DNA of 50,721 nucleotides, filler included, from Sphacelaria rigidula (lineage: Eukaryota), in assembly GCA_964200075.2 (NCBI GenBank). It is 3 parts of 3 records of this genome, joined end to end, with 100 filler letters (N's around TTAATTAATTAA, not from the genome) between each part and the next. Parts side by side here need not be neighbours in the genome. Positions count along the whole stretch, not along the records: positions 33,883 to 50,721 come from CAXNAA020001242.1; 2 more parts are not named here. One strand, given 5' to 3'. Shown here piece after piece: positions 34,338-46,296 of this stretch (its first letter is position 1; each line of letters opens with the position of its first letter). Made by a program: the position numbers and the translations under genes. The notes beneath the pieces are model-generated. The model saw only the letters and a program-made list of their open reading frames with translations, made no database searches and was not told the origin of the DNA.

Positions 34338-34680
34338 TGTTATTATGACCTCTGTATGACCCGACCCACTTACTAATAACCCCGGGCCAGTCAACCCGGA
34401 CCGTCTTCCCGGGTCTGTCACCCCGGGACTGTCATCCTCCAATCCCCAGTCTGGGATCGTCATTCTCCCGGCTCGGGAGGTATCCCCGTGGGTGCCTCCC
34501 CACTCTGTCAGTTCTGTACCTCAACCCAAACCGGCTTGCAAAGTCCGTCCTGTTCAAGTCCACGTCACGGCTCCGCACACTCCTTACCCTTTCACCGAGT
34601 GAGAAGCTACAACCTACACACACACCCACCGTCCGGGTAGGATAAGTCACTCTCACTGTCCGACTATGTCTTATATACAA
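34338..34680 (+). repeat. Dispersed repeat, copy 2 (LTR-like, TG...CA)
   Basis: Homologous to 2725..3045; starts TGTT and could end TACA. No TSD seen. Confidence 0.7.
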
Positions 34681-35959
34681 CTGGAAAAAAAAAAAACGGC
34701 TGACCACGAGTCAGAGTTTGTGGTTTTTTCATGGGAAATGCTAAACTTCGACGATGGCGCGCAGCAGCACAGCGCGTTGACTCCAGGTACGCCTTCACAC
34801 ATGCCATGACCGAACATAACGCAGGGGTGTGATCCCCGCATGATATTTGCTCGCCTAAGATGGCACATAGCACAACGTGCAACGAATAACTCGAAAACAC
34901 ATTGAGGATGGCTCAGACAGTTACAGTACTCTGCAAGCACACCAGGCGATTTTTGTAGTTGGGTATTATTTAATTTCTCATGTATGATTCTTCCTTCGCA
35001 CTCAACATTTGTGTCGCCAGAGTAGACAGATATTGGAAAGATAAACAGTTGTGCTCAGGGCACAATACCCAAGTTGGTGTTGTAGTGATACGGAGTAAGA
35101 CCTCGTTCATCAGGAGGGTGTTATTTGCCGCCATCGGTCTGACATAGTTTTCTGGCTCTAGCGCAATAAATAGGTGAAATTTTATAACAGCAGTCCATTT
35201 TGGTTGTGCACAAGACACCTCGGGATTGATTCAATCGAGCAAAACTACCGAACAGTCAGGACCTGGAGCTGAAAACTCGCAGGGCCCCCGAGAAGTGGTC
35301 ACCCTGTAAATGGTTCAGTATTGATGGCAGAAACATTTTTTTGGAATGTGACGCGTATACTAATCGTATGCTAGTATCTCCCAAAACTTCGCCTAGTTTG
35401 CGTGCAGGCTACTATACTCGAAAACAAGCGATAGCTCCTTGCAGCTGCCACATCATTCTGCACCGAGCCCGTTGTTCCTGCACTCAGGCCCACACATCAC
35501 GCTCATATGAACAGACATCAATGGACCAAGTTCATGGCACCCCTTGCTCAGGGCTACATGCACCCGCCGTAATGCATTTTGTAACAATCGCGACACTCGA
35601 AAGAATACTATGACTGCAGACAGCAATGTCATCATTTATTGCCAACAGCAGCAGCAGTGCAGTCAGTAGGGACAAAAGACAGGCAGGCGTGTTTCAATGT
35701 ACTACCAAAACGATTCCACAGTACAGCGTGACCGAAATATGTTTTTCGTCAACGTTTGGGAAACTTGGTACCGCTGAAACTGAATACTTCGTGCGTTTAG
35801 TGTTGTATACTGCGCTCTGTACATGCGCTCTGTTGAAGCGCGTCTTTCTTTGAAATGGATGATAACCGTCTACGTTTCTGGTGGCAAAATCATGGCACAT
35901 GGAAAGTTTGATGAAACTTGAACGTCGACGCACCATAGCATGTGCGAGGTGATCACTCA

Positions 35960-36322
<363 letters not shown>

Positions 36323-38227
36323 TCACATGCTAGATTTTTTGGGACTTTTCTTACGAGCTGCACGGTGATGATACCCCCAGCGCCCTCAAATTTCACCATG
36401 CGTGCCGGGTAGAAGCTTTTGTCCGCGCATTCCGGGCCTTGCGAGAGCTACAAGAAACCAAAAATTCCCGGGAAAAATGACATGCAGCGGTGACATCAGT
36501 TATATACATATTCCGGTTTGATTTTTGCTCGTATCGCCATTACATTACAGTACTCAGGGGTGTGCAAAAGGTGTGAGCAACCACCTCGTTCTTCTCAAAG
36601 ACGCCTACGGAAGGATCGAGTACTGTGACAAGAGCAGGAGGGAGGGATCGTAAAACTGTGGGGACATGAGTGAGGGACCTCTGGTTCAGCGACAGCAATA
36701 GCACTGCATTGCTACCACTTTTAGAGAACAACAGGCATGCCCCGGCCACACTGCATTTTCGCTACCCCAAAGAGGGGCACGTCGCGTACGTCCAACGGTA
36801 TTGCGAATCGCCCCGCGAACAAGAAAAGTATTGACAAGCCCTTGAGCTGCTTGTTTGAGGTGACGATGTCCACCTGCAACCGCCCGACTCGCCCAACTTG
36901 GACCACAACATCGCGTGAGTCATAGGACGACTTCTTGGCCACTTCGCACGCAGTTGACAACGGCAACGGCGAGTCCCCTCCGGGTACGCACCCACCAAAA
37001 GGTGAGCAATGGCGTTTGACACCGACGGCTAAGGGCAACTCATACGGCACATCTTCAGCGGTCTCAAATAGCAAACCCGGAGAAACCATCGGAGAATTGG
37101 CAGCAAACATTGCGAACAAAATCATGAGATCTGCCGAAATGGGGATGCCGTCTCCGACCCTACAGCGTCGTGTGCAGCGATGGTTTGAGGGTGCTATGAT
37201 CCGAGCCGAGTTCGAAGGGGCTTCGAATAAACGAGAGTGGGGTCAGCGATGGGAGTCGGGGCGAGAGGAAACTCTGCATGGCACACCTTCCGAGCAGAAC
37301 GTAGGCCGGTCGGGAAGGTCATTCACGCTGGGTTGGATAGGGTACTCGGACGTGTGTGCTCCTTGCTCATGTTCTGCTTACTTCTCGGTCCCTTCTCTTC
37401 CTTTCCTTTCATCTGTTTTGGTGTGATTTTTCTTCATCCTTCTTGTCTATCATTTCTCATTTTCTTTCTTTCAGTACCTTTGTCGCACTGCCGCAGAGCT
37501 GGTGGATAGGACTTCTCGCCCCAAGAGTACCGCTTCCCATAGGGCTGAGTCGCAACCAGCTTCCACGACACTACTTCTTGTACGGTCTCCTGACCCAAGC
37601 ATTGGCAGGTGCTTGTCATGGTTTTCACGGGATCGGTGCTACAGTATGATACTATGGCACTACATGTTAGCCTAGCATTTTGTCTCTCCTTGTCTCCACT
37701 TTACTCTGTTTTTCTCCTCAATTAATTTGCACCATTTCCCCTTTTTTCGATTTTCCTACAGCGAGTGAATCCCTTGATTCATCTTGGGGTACGTGTGTCT
37801 TTTATCCAATGACAAAGGCTGGGTTCATGTCAATGGTGGGATTCGTGGTGGGATTCGTGGTAGATGAGTTAATGTTAATGTTGATGTGCGATGATCAATA
37901 GAGTCAGTGAAGCAATGATTCAGGGCTTGGGGTGCGTTGTCACCGGGGGTTGTGGGTGCAAATAAGAGAGGAATAAACTGCTAAACTATACTGTCGGGGT
38001 CACCGGCAATGAAAATTGCACCCTGATATTGTTCCGAAAAGGCGATCTGGCGCCCAGTGTAGTTAGTCACGATGTCACGATCAAAGACGGGGGTCTTCTT
38101 GACGCTGAAGAGCTGGTATGTGTTGTCACTATCAAATGGCGCAACCAAACACCACTGGACTGTTTGCGAAGATGCACACGCCATGACTGTGTATTTCCAT
38201 GACGTCCACACGTACTCTCCAGCTACC

Positions 38228-38261
<34 letters not shown>
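38228..38261 (+). repeat. (CTACTAT)n short tandem repeat
   Basis: About five 7-bp units. Confidence 0.85.
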
Positions 38262-38279
38262 TTACATACATCTCAAAAT

Positions 38280-38441
38280 ATGTGATGTTCATATCGTTTT
38301 GTTCAATCCTTCTTCTTTTTTTTTCTGTTCCTTTTTTTCCTCGGGACGTGTTTCAGTTTCGTTTTTCTTGGGTACGTCTATCATAAGACCACGGCTGGAC
38401 CCCTGGGGGGTCAGTTAAAGTGCGACAATCAATCAATCAAT
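38280..38441 (+). mobile_element. 3' end of an (AATC)n-tailed retroelement
   Basis: T-rich tract, then GGTACGTCTATCATAAGACCACGGCTGGACCCCTGGGGGGTCAGTTAAAGTGCGAC(AATC)3; matches 5312..5420 on the - strand. Confidence 0.8.
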
Positions 38442-38501
38442 ATTTGCCGCTGCAGTCCAGCATCAAACTCAAATAGGCAGCGACCCCCATCCTGTGCATA
38501 C

Positions 38502-38902
38502 CTCCTCTTCCCATTGCTAGCTCCGACAGTCTGCAGGCCCAGCATGAAATCCTCAGGTAGCCTGAAAGCCTCCGCGGCCCATGCCTCGCATGCCTCAAGT
38601 AGAGAAGTAAAATCACCATCTTCCCCGCTGTATCGCTTGTCCGATTGGAGAGGCGCGGCGGTGGCTTCAGCTAAAGAGTAAGAGTGCTGCTGCAAGGGCA
38701 TATGCCTGCGATTTAACCTCGGGTCATTTTTTACCCTCCCTCTACTGCTGCCTCTCCCTCTACTGCTGCCTCCTCCTCTGCTGCTGCCACTCCCTCTGCC
38801 ATCGTCTCCCACTCTGCTTTTGCCTCCCTCTCTGTTGTAACCGTCACCTCTGTCGCTGTGCTGTGCCCTCGGTCTCGGTGCCCTCGGGATCGGTGGCATC
38901 AC
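38502..38902 (-). CDS. Candidate exon with a Gly/Ser/Arg-rich segment and a helical segment
   Basis: Within the 190-aa ORF 38429..39001; ACACAG| acceptor and GAG|GTATGC donor; ...DFTSLLEACEAWAAEAFRLPEDFMLGLQTV... Confidence 0.4.
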
Positions 38903-39041
38903 CTGTGTCAAACCCATGGCCCAAAACGGCAGCGCAATCATTGAATAAGCTGCCACACAATCGTATGTATGGCAGGGTGGGCTTCCCCACAACGAACGCA
39001 CCGTTACCGGACACAGTTATCAAATGAAAGGCGTACCGTTT

Positions 39042-39340
39042 GCCGCGTCCCGGTGGTGTAGTGGTCCGCCTGTCACCATTAGCGTTAGATGGGGTGGATA
39101 GAACGTGAGTTCATTTCCCGATGCGTTAGGTTCTTTCTTCAAAGTATCTTACTTCCACCGTGGGGCGTGAGTACGTGAGTAAACAACAAGTAGTTGACTG
39201 AATTTGCCTGGCGAGGGTTGACGCGGTGCGGGAGTGCTGATAGTCATGACCCAATCCGCGAGACCAAAATTCAAGGCGTGTACCGGGGGAGAGAGGGGAT
39301 GACTCCCTGAAACTAGAGTAGTAGAGTAAGAACTCGTCCC
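39042..39340 (+). mobile_element. tRNA-derived SINE, family 2
   Basis: A box TGGTGTAGTGG and B-box-like GAGTTCATTTCCC; body homologous to 6345..6520 on the - strand. Confidence 0.75.
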
Positions 39341-39528
39341 GGGGGAGGTGAGGGATTCAAGGTGCCAAAAAAAAAACAGTACTCTGCTACAGTTCTGTAC
39401 CAGTGCGTAGATATGCTGACCGTGATTCTAGCAAGTGGCCACAACCGACATGCCACATTTAGCCACCATTAGCGGATCAAATAATTGGTAAATAATGGAC
39501 TTTCGTTCAAGACATGGGCTGTGTTTAT

Positions 39529-39818
39529 CAGGGATGTGCATGGATTAAGAATAAATTCACGGACCGGATCATTGTGGTGCGGTTGGTCGATCCGCACCGC
39601 TCCGCGGCATTTGTAGGGGGCGGATGTCCGGTCCCTGACAGTTCGTGAGTTTTCCCACTAGCGGATATCCGCACCGCTCCGTACCATATTCAAAAAATCC
39701 ACTCCGCAATAATCCGTGACATTTCGATTGGCGGATATCCGCTCCGCTCCGTGAGGTTCCGAAAAAAAAATCCGCACCGCGGCACTGCGGAGCGGATTGT
39801 CCTCCGTACACATCCCTG
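39529..39818. mobile_element. hAT-type MITE
   Basis: CAGGGATGTG ... ACATCCCTG termini; 8-bp TSD GTGTTTAT / GTGTTCAT (7 of 8 match); repeated internal ATCCGCACCGCTCCG motifs. Confidence 0.9.
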
Positions 39819-40270
39819 GTGTTCATTTGCACTTAGTAGGGACCGTCTCACACACGTGCTGTACTGTACACTGCATAGCGACCGACACTCTCTAGTGTAC
39901 TAGTTATCGCTCCAACGCAGCATTTAATCCACGGCGAGAAGTCACGTGCCCCGCCGTATACCCGGGTCTTCCGTCTTTCCTCCCCAAACATATACTCGAA
40001 CGGTGTTCTGTACCTGAACCTGGTGGAAACTGTACTACTGGAAACTGTACCTGCTTGCGGCGGATTCCAAGGAGGTACTGTAGGTACAGGTAAAATGCCC
40101 CTACTCCGCTCTTCCAACAGTTGCAAAACAACGAAGGACGTATACTTTGGAGCTTTTCCCGCAAGGCACATTTGTCCAAAAGCACGATACGTGTTTCGAT
40201 CTCCCAAGCAAGTCCGACCCTCGCCTGCGGAGGGTTCATTTTGGCTGTAGGCTGTAACCGACATATAACC

Positions 40271-40629
40271 TGTGTGTTGTCATCCCATCTATTCTGAACG
40301 GCCGTCTACATTATTGTGCATGTTTGGGCGCATCAGCTGGGATCACACAGAAGGAAGGGCAATGCGGGAGTTTTGATTCCAAGTCTGATTTTAGGCCTCC
40401 ACCTTCCTTTGGCGGTGCTTGCCGTGCTCCTTCATCGCGAGGAGGGTTCAGCGGCCCTTTTCCCTCGTCGACCGCGAAGTCGAAATTCTTGTACCCGCGA
40501 CATAGTCGCTCTCCCCTATTGGGCATGATGTGAGGAAAAATTCCAAACAGTGTGACTTCACCGGGATTCGAACCCACGTCCGAACCGTCAGAGAGATTCG
40601 AGGTTACCAACTGGGCCACACGGACGACC
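40271..40629 (-). mobile_element. tRNA-derived SINE, family 1 (full length)
   Basis: The head on - is GGTCGTCCGTGTGGCCCAGTTGGTAACCTCGAATCTCTCTGACGGTTCGGACGTGGGTTCGAATCCCGG, with A and B boxes. Collinear with 4231..4588. Confidence 0.88.
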
Positions 40630-43606
40630 GGCTTGTGCATAACCCGTAGACAACGACAAATAAAGTGGGGCCAAATCAGTGCCATCCAGGAAAAGTCGTA
40701 GGGTTTACCATACGATTGGAGCCTTTCGGGGCTTCTGTATCTCGCAGCATGGCACTCACAGCTGTATCTGCCGAAAGGCCCGTGAGCGCAATGGTCGCTC
40801 TCGCACCACTTCCGTTTTCTGTGCTGCACTAGAGGTTGTTCCGTACTCTGAGCTGTAATAGCTGTACCTACCATGACACAGGTATGTGCGTGTCAACGAC
40901 CCGATCGACTCAGACGCCCTTGTTTTCGTCTAGGCATCATGTCTCTCATCAGAACAACTATTCCGGGTCCCTCGAAAGAGCCGGAACAAGTGAAGGCCGC
41001 CTGCACAACGGGGTGATGCAAGCGTCAAAATAACTCAACATTGGGCCGAGGGTCTCAGCTCGATTCTTACGGCAGATGATCCACTGCTAAAAAAATCACG
41101 GTTAAACGCTCGGGTGACTTGGATGAAATTGGAAATTCCCACGTAATCTGGATATGTTTTGTGAGATTTTGGTAAAATGTCATCGTGGCATGGTTGGCCA
41201 TGTCGAACGCATCAGTAGGGTACAACACAAGCGGTTACACCAGAAGAAACAGTCCAACCGTTTTGATATCAACCTCGGTGTGCCTTACACATGTGACCAG
41301 GCACTGTTCCGAAGAGAAATTACGAAGAGCACGACAATGCTCTCACCAAAATCGCTGCGTAGGACCGAAACGGCATGCTTCATATATATAGTAGCTACAC
41401 ATCCAACCAAAAGCTCTGTTCAATCCCCGGGGTAGCATGAGTTATGCCTATGAGCGATAAGAACCGTAAATAAACAATGTCGCATGATGCTGATAATCAC
41501 GGCCGTAAACAGAACTCGTTTCACGTTCTTGTTCATAACTCGACAACCGGGATGCCGGGATGCCGCTGTGGGCTAGATTCGGTTGTTTGTTTGAATAGCC
41601 ACACCGTTGGCAATACGTGGCTTGCGCCAACTACAGAACATCCCCTTCTCGCTCATACAGTACTGCTTCGTGGACTGAGTGATGCAACGATAGCGGCGCA
41701 CTTCTCAGTCCAAGCCTTTCCTGAGGCTGCACACTAAGACCCGAATATTTGTCATCAAGAGGCTTCTATATAGTGCAGAGCCCCAGAAAAAAAAGTGCAC
41801 CCCTACCGTGGCATTCATTGCTCGACTTGTACCGTCACCTTCACGACGCCGCGATGGTGGAAAAGTCTATAACCGTCAATGCAGCACGAAGCGTCTTTTC
41901 AACAACAATGCCGATCTAGGGGGTTTGAACTCGGGGGATAATTCGAGGCTGAGATCACCTGAATATCTCGGAGCATAGAGACAAAAGTAATCTCAAATGT
42001 TACGGACCGAGCGGATCACCCTTCCGTGAGATTGGGGAACGTTACCCCATGTTCGGACAGTTCAAATGGCTAGGCCCAACGTGAGGTTTTTAGTCTAGGT
42101 CACCTTCCGCGGGAGTGGGCCTTAGGAGATGTTGAGGCCACTTCTTGCGTCACGAGATGAATATTACTCCAAAAAAGCCTACTTTGGCCAATCAACGCCG
42201 ATAGTCGCCGGATAAGGGACGGGTTGTACGGAATACGAGCAAGAGTTGCTGTTCTCTCGGAGAGGATTCCAGCGCACCTTTCAGAAATTTGGTACACCCA
42301 GCTTGACTTCTGTTCAGACAGACCATTTCTCAAAAGCCTTCCAGCCCTGAGTTCTCCGAAAAAGGCACATAGAGATCTCAGAGGAACACGTTTTTGGGGA
42401 GGTTGCTTGAGGAATCGTGTGTCCGGTCAGAAGTTAGAGTGAGCGTACGAAAGGTGGAAAATACGGTGGCCACTCGGGTTTGTACGTGCATATTTTGGTG
42501 ATTGCCCACCTTCCACTTCGACATGAACTTGCGGAGTACTTGACCATCTCACCACGATACACTATGTGTGGGAAGGTACAAGTCTCCTCTCGTGCCATCC
42601 CCTTGATGTTTCTGTATCGCTTCGTCGATCGTACGGCCAGCCAGTATAACGGAGGAGGAAGCCTTTGAGTTCTGCGCGCGCCACGTAGGGCAAAAACATC
42701 CTTGATGTGATGGAGGCATCCCACGCGACAAAGGAAAGCTGCTGATTTGTTTTTCGACATACCCCAGGTATTCGAGCTGGATACACGCCTACTTCATGCG
42801 GTGCAGTAAAAAACACACGACACAGCAAGCAGTGCAACATCACTGCGCACGCTGTGTGGTCCGCATGTACAAAACTCAGCACGAAGTTCGCCCTGTACTC
42901 CTGGAAAGCTTAATTTTCCGTAGGAAACGTTTGAAATCTGCGCAGTCATGCCCGTGGTGGTTATGCCCACCCTTCTTCCCACGATGACCTTTGCTCTGAG
43001 CGTAAGATAATAGAAACAGCAGAACATGACTGATCCAAGTGGAACGAACAAATCATGATACGTCTCCGCGGCTCATGCCTCCGTACTATGGAAAAGGAAC
43101 AAGACTGCTATAGCGGACCCCCGCCAACAACAAGGCGGGCTTTTCACAGAACCCCGCCAAAAACAAGGCGTTTCTTCTCTATATTTCGCGGCTATCCCCC
43201 GGCTCGACTTCTGACAGTATACAGTACAGGACAGAAGAGTAGCATAAACTTTACCGAAACCCGCGATAAGGCGGTCCCCCTTTACCCCAGTCAAGGCGGG
43301 ATTGCAAATGTGGCCGGCGCTTTGACTTGCCCCTGTACCGCCGTAGCCGTACCACGGGTCCACTACTGTACCTCCATTTTTGTGTACCACGTCTACAAAA
43401 AGTGCAGACTTCAGCGTTGCACCCGAAAGTAAAGACAGAACAGCAGAGCACAGAACAGTAAAAGTACAGTACAAAATAGTGCATCATCATTGTGGACGAG
43501 TTGCCTGCCGCGGAAACAAAGCTGCACCAGCCGATCTCACGAGTACGGTGCAGGATTTGACTACAGGCTGGTCCAGGTTGAACGCCCAAAATTTCATCTC
43601 CAGCGA

Positions 43607-43865
43607 TTTCTCACGTGGTTCTTTCTAGTTAGACCCTGAAATTTGGCACACGTGTGATATGAGATGTTCCGAGACTTTAGAGGAATATTTTTCGATGGAA
43701 ATTCGGGGTCCCGACGGTCGCGGGGTTCATACCGCCTCCTGGAACCCCGGATTTCTGGCGAAAAATCAAGAAAAAAATAGAAAGCCTCATTTATGAAACG
43801 GTTTGCATTATCCCATGGCACGTATGCAGAATTTCAGAGTCTAACTGGAAAATCCCGCGTGAGAA
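43607..43865. mobile_element. Inverted-repeat MITE fragment related to the family A internal inverted repeat
   Basis: TTCTCACGTGG...AGTTAGACCCTGAAATTTGGCACACGTG pairs with CACGTATGCAGAATTTCAGAGTCTAACT...CGCGTGAGAA. Confidence 0.7.
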
Positions 43866-44063
43866 CTCGCGGGCCCGTGTACGCGGTACCCCCCTAATTA
43901 CTTGATTGATCATAGTATAGTAACGACCTTGTTCTTGTGCGTTCAAGCTTTCATCGACCGTTTGGGATCAGTTTTTCCAGTTACGTAACGACACTTTGTA
44001 CAAAAGTTCCACACCCTGTCCAACTACCATATTTGGTTGTTGTTTCTCAAACAACTATGAGAA

Positions 44064-44308
44064 TAACTGTTGAGAATCGTGCGCAACTAGTTGTTTCCAA
44101 ACAACCAACTGTTGAGAATCGTGCGCAACTAGTTCTTTCCAAACAACTAACTGTTCAGAATCGTGTGCAACTACTTCTTTCCAAACAACTAACTGTTCAG
44201 AATCGTATGTAACTAGCTGTTCCCAAACAACTGTTCAGAATCGTGTGCAACTAGATGTTTCCAAACAATCTGTTCAGAATTGTGCGCAACTAGTTGTTTC
44301 CAAATAAC
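44064..44308 (+). repeat. Tandem array of about six 38-42-bp units
   Basis: Unit ACTGTTCAGAATCGTGTGCAACTAGTTGTTTCCAAACAACTA, with no unique spacers. Confidence 0.92.
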
Positions 44309-45305
44309 CACCAGGTATTAATAGTTGGTTGACAAACAACTAACTTCAGTTGGTTGTAGTTGGAAGAAATGAAAACTCTGTATAGTAGCTGTATCTGTGC
44401 AGGACAGGGAGTAGGCCAGAAAGATTAGGCCGACCTATTCCTCGATAAAGGAAAGGGCATAAGTGTGCGATGCAAAGCAAAGACATGCATCATTCCAGTC
44501 TTGCGCCAAGAGAAAGAAAAAAAAACGGAACAGAATCCGGCATCTTTCCGCCCCAATACGCACGCATACACTGCGCGACCCCAGATATAGCTAGATGAGG
44601 TTGTTGTCTATTGTCTAGATGACATGTGGTCCAAGTTTCAGCGCGTAAAAGCACTGACAGCGCTTGCGCGGCCGTGCCTCCTGAAGTGAGCACCTCTACA
44701 GGCGATACCAAGATGAGTACCGCGTAGAATGACTTCATCCAGAGTGTGCCCAACACAAATCGATGTTTGTTTGGCGGGGCAGGAGCCACCCAGCAGGTCA
44801 TGATGTGGAAGTGAGCGCATCTGCGTGTCAACATATGCATCCACTGACGTCCCACGTAGTCTGGGCCGAGGGGACTCCGTTCTGAGGGCGTATCGATGGC
44901 ATTGCCCAATATCCGTATTCGCTTCGTGCGTCTTGCGCACTCCGTAAAACGTCCCGCCGATCCGGGAAAATGCTTTCTGTGTTGTGGTCTACCTCTGTGC
45001 CAAGTGTCAGGCCGGTTCGTTCATACACGGCGGAGAAATCCACAAGCAAAGTAACAGTTGACTTGTGCTGAAAATACAGTACTAAACCGTCGAAAGATAC
45101 ATGAGGTGCGTATGATTCTGGTATGCGGGCATCGAGGCATTTGAGTTGCACTTTTATTTTTGGCATAAGACTGATTTGGGGCGCCAGCATGACACATTCA
45201 AGGTTCAGGCTTTACTGTTGTTTCATGACTGCATCACGTCCAACTGGCTTGATCAACCACGCTTCCCCTCCGACATCGAAACATAAACACGTTTGCTGGC
45301 CACCA

Positions 45306-45307
<2 letters not shown>

Positions 45308-45335
<28 letters not shown>
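45308..45335 (+). repeat. (GCT)n microsatellite
   Basis: About nine TGC units. Confidence 0.92.
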
Positions 45336-45339
<4 letters not shown>

Positions 45340-45519
45340 TAGGAGCAGCTGGTGCTGGTGTGGTGGCGGCTGGTGGTACAGCTGCCATTTGGTGCGCTTG
45401 GTCTCTCGTGTGTGTTTATTTGTGAGTGCGTGGGGTGCTCACATGTTCGTGCGCCAGCTCGGTCCCAGCCGACGGTCTAATTGTAACTGTTCCACGATGT
45501 TGGAAACTACCCGGGCTGC

Positions 45520-45780
45520 CGAACTTGTTCAGAATCGTGTGCAACTAGTTGTCTTCAAACAACGGACTGTTCAGAATCGTGTGCAACTACTTGTCTCCAA
45601 ACAACGGACTGTTCAAAATCGTGTGCAACTAGTTGCTGCCGAACAACTAACCGTTAAAAAAATCGTGCGCAACTAGTTGTTTCCGAACAACTACTCTATC
45701 AAAACCGTGTACAACTAGTTGTTTCCGAACAACTATTCTCTCAGTATCGTGCGCAACTAGTTGTTTCGGAAACAACAACC
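45520..45780 (+). repeat. Second tandem array of the same 42-bp unit (about six copies)
   Basis: GTTCAGAATCGTGTGCAACTAGTTGTCTTCAAACAACGGACT and variants; same orientation as 44064..44308. Confidence 0.92.
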
Positions 45781-46296
45781 CGGTAGTTGGTCGAGAAACA
45801 AATAAGTTAATTGAAAGTCATGGTTGTACAGGGTGTGAAAGATTCCTTGAACTACCTCGGGACGAGTAAATTTTGCATTTTTAATTTCATGGCATTCTGT
45901 ACCGGCTTCTGGGGGTCTTCACGCCGGCACCTCCGGAAGCCGTTAGAGAGCGGTGAAACTTTAGAATGCTCGTCGACGACTTTTTGTTTTCCATTTGGAG
46001 CAGCCATATGTACCAAACTACCAAATGTAGGGGTGTTCGGAGCTTTTCTACAACAGGTATGAGGGAAACCATCACGAGGCTTTCTGGGTCTTTGATTCAT
46101 ATATTGTCTTTCCCTTGTCTAAAAAACAAAACCAATAAACCACACATATTAACCATTCTATTACAACTTTTCCTAGGGTTGCACTAGACATTTTCTTACG
46201 GTTGGCCTTGTTTTTGGTCGGGTTTTCAGTTTTGGCTCCGCGCCCATTGGGTAACCTCTGCATTGAATTCCAGTAAAACGCACTGAATGAAATTGG

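Noticed and set aside
36740-37350. 163-aa ORF and neighbours, possibly a relic of a restriction-like-endonuclease retroelement
   Set aside because: Only faint motif hints across frameshifts; not supportable without a profile search.
45293-45676. Poly-Cys / poly-Ala ORFs and TVQNRVQL-repeat ORFs (also 43937..44212)
   Set aside because: Translations of a GCT microsatellite and of the 42-bp array; some units are 38 bp and break frame.
44064-45780. CRISPR-like appearance of the palindromic 42-bp repeats
   Set aside because: Units are head-to-tail with no unique spacers, there are no cas genes, and the context is eukaryotic.
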